Positions 57,857 through 59,180 of a stretch of 59,180 nt of DNA are shown here, piece after piece; the first letter of the stretch is position 1; every line of letters begins with the position of its first letter. Under the pieces are notes generated by a model that worked only from the letters and a program-made list of their open reading frames with translations, had not been told where the DNA came from and did no database searches. A program made the position numbers and the translations under genes. The stretch covers positions 31,515-90,694 of the forward strand of contig JAQWAY010000003.1 of NCBI GenBank assembly GCA_028707455.1, given 5' to 3'. Source of the stretch: Bacilli bacterium (GTDB lineage: Bacteria > Bacillota_I > Bacilli_A > RF39 > UBA660).

Positions 57857-58217
57857 ATAATAATATTTTATAAGCCATGTTCTGTATCTAAATATTAGAC
57901 GACAAACATCTATCTATCGATTGCTCGATCCTGTTAAAAGTTCGTTTCCTTTTAACAAGTTCCCCTACCAAATTTGGGTTTCTCACTCGCGGGGTTTACC
58001 CGTTCCACTTCTTTTATTTCTAAAAGAAATCGTCACTGTGGCACTTTATGTCTATTATAATCATATCCGAAGACTTAGATTAATTCGACGCCGTTAGTAT
58101 TACTACTACCTGAGGTTATTTTTTCCCTCAGCACGAACACTACTACCATCACAGGTTAGTGTGAGCATGGACTTTCCTCTACATTATAAAAATGCAGCGT
58201 TTGTCAAAATACTATTC
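57857..58217 (-). ncRNA. rnpB: RNase P RNA (bacterial, Firmicute type B)
   Basis: On the minus strand:
- GUAGAGGAAAGUCCAUGCUCACAC (P4 5' strand).
- ACAGAACAUGGCUUAU (P4 3' strand).
- P2 GACAAACG / UGUUUGUC.
- P1 AAUAGUAUUUU / AAAAUAUUAUU.
- Short P3 CUGCAU-N7-AUGUAG.
It neighbours gpsB, as in B. subtilis. Confidence 0.9.
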
Positions 58218-58589
58218 TTTACCATATATAATTTTTTCTAAATTAGATAATCTTCTTAAAAGATCAGAATTAGTAGTATCACTACCAGTTCCTTCTTTTA
58301 ATACTTCAATTTGTGTTTTCATTTTACGAAGTTCTTGTTTTAGTTGCATATTATCATGAATTAATTCCTTTTTTTCTGAATCTAATTCTCTAATAATTTT
58401 AACAAATTCACTATAATCACGAATTATAACATCTAAAAACTTATCTACTTCTTGTGGACGATACCCCCTAGTATCAATTTTAAATTCTTTATCTAGTATA
58501 TCTTGAGCCGTTAATAAAATTCTTTCTTGATACAAGTTTACACCTCCAATTGCTAGAATAATTATCTCAAATAAACTATAATTTGTCAA
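58212..58589 (-). CDS. gpsB: Cell-cycle protein GpsB (DivIVA-domain). The probable true start is the TTG at 58535.
   Basis: LTAQDILDKEFKIDTRGYRPQEVDKFLD matches the GpsB N-terminus. GGAGGTG lies 5 nt before the TTG at 58533-58535. Confidence 0.8.
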   Translation of the reverse strand: MTNYSLFEIIILAIGGVNLYQERILLTAQDILDKEFKIDTRGYRPQEVDKFLDVIIRDYSEFVKIIRELDSEKKELIHDNMQLKQELRKMKTQIEVLKEGTGSDTTNSDLLRRLSNLEKIIYGKE

Positions 58590-58622
58590 TCTTAACCACG
58601 TGGTATAAATTGGTTCAAATTA

Positions 58623-59132
58623 CTAGTCATTTAATTCTGTTTTACAGAAAAAACAGGTCTTATTTTGAAGATCATTAACCATTTTACAATTAGGACAAAT
58701 TTTACCCGGGATATTTTTAGTGGGTTTTGTTTCTTCAGGAGCAATAACTGGTTCTTCTTTATCTTCAAAATGATCATCAACTGGGAAGAATTTATTTTTA
58801 TGTTCTTCAACCTTATCATTTTCAATATCAGTTTCTACTGGTACGATTGGTTCTTCTTTAGGCACAGTTGGTTTTATTACTTTAATTTCATCCTTTTTAA
58901 TTATTGATTCAATATCATCAAGTGATTTAACATCATCAATTGTTTCTATTTCTTCAATCGGATCAACTTTAGTTTCTTCTTTTGTTTTTAATTCTTCTTT
59001 ATTATCAATTAATTCTTTCTTAACTATGGGTTTGTTATCAACGTCATTAGTTTTCCTTTTTTTAAAGTTCATCATAACAATCCAGAATAATGAAGTAATA
59101 ATAATAGTTCCAATTCCTATTAAAATCATCAT
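58623..59132 (-). CDS. Hypothetical membrane-anchored protein with a C-terminal zinc-ribbon (CPNC...CFFC). The frame stays open upstream to the window edge.
   Basis: TM helix, Lys/Glu/Pro-rich linker, CxxC-N12-CxxC. No in-frame stop between 59132 and 59180, so the start is uncertain. Confidence 0.45.
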   Translation of the reverse strand: MMILIGIGTIIITSLFWIVMMNFKKRKTNDVDNKPIVKKELIDNKEELKTKEETKVDPIEEIETIDDVKSLDDIESIIKKDEIKVIKPTVPKEEPIVPVETDIENDKVEEHKNKFFPVDDHFEDKEEPVIAPEETKPTKNIPGKICPNCKMVNDLQNKTCFFCKTELND

Positions 59133-59180
59133 TAATGGGAATTCCGTCTTTTCAATATTAATTATGAATTCTTTAAACTT

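Noticed and set aside
1-59180. CRISPR arrays, transposases or integrases, a prophage, defence islands, or the Mollicutes genetic code (UGA=Trp)
   Set aside because: - No spaced direct repeats, and no recombinase-like or phage-like ORFs.
- Gene content is syntenic housekeeping throughout.
- TGA terminates at least one well-delimited ORF (20033), and Trp is encoded by TGG.

Overview
Very AT-rich (by eye, not computed) chromosomal segment of a low-GC, endospore-forming Bacillota genome. Almost everything is on the minus strand. Standard code 11 applies: TGA is used as a stop and Trp is TGG. The gene order reproduces several Bacillus-type housekeeping blocks:
- sepF-divIVA-ileS
- yqfC-yqfD-ybeY-dgkA-cdd-era-yqzL-recO-glyQS
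- pheST and gltX
- rlmN-prpC-prkC-rsgA-rpe
- the M16 peptidase pair, rodZ-pgsA-recA-rny, and gpsB-rnpB

Interspersed are PFOR (nifJ), uvrA, deoD, clpC and sporulation genes: spoIIAA-like, sigF-like, spoVAC/AD/AE, yqfC/D, a Cse60-like small ORF and a PdaB-like gene.

I see no CRISPR array, transposase, integrase, prophage or recognisable defence system, so I do not claim a confident novel multi-gene system.

The most unusual things I can support from the sequence are:
1. A sigma-F locus with no spoIIAB, whose SpoIIAA homologue lacks the phospho-acceptor serine.
2. A stand-alone tRNA-Ile with a genomically encoded UAU anticodon.
3. A glycine T-box whose Stem I is reduced to about 28 nt. It controls an extra TIM-barrel gene plus glyQS.
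4. T-box leaders for ileS and pheST that begin directly at the preceding stop codon, plus an 18-nt duplication of the pheS Stem I 5' strand inside the gltX 3' end.
5. A Pro/Tyr repeat mini-protein behind a mother-cell-type promoter.
6. Two small ORFs missing from the ORF track (Cse60-like and YqzL-like).

RNase P RNA, three T-boxes, a LexA box and many intrinsic terminators are also identifiable.
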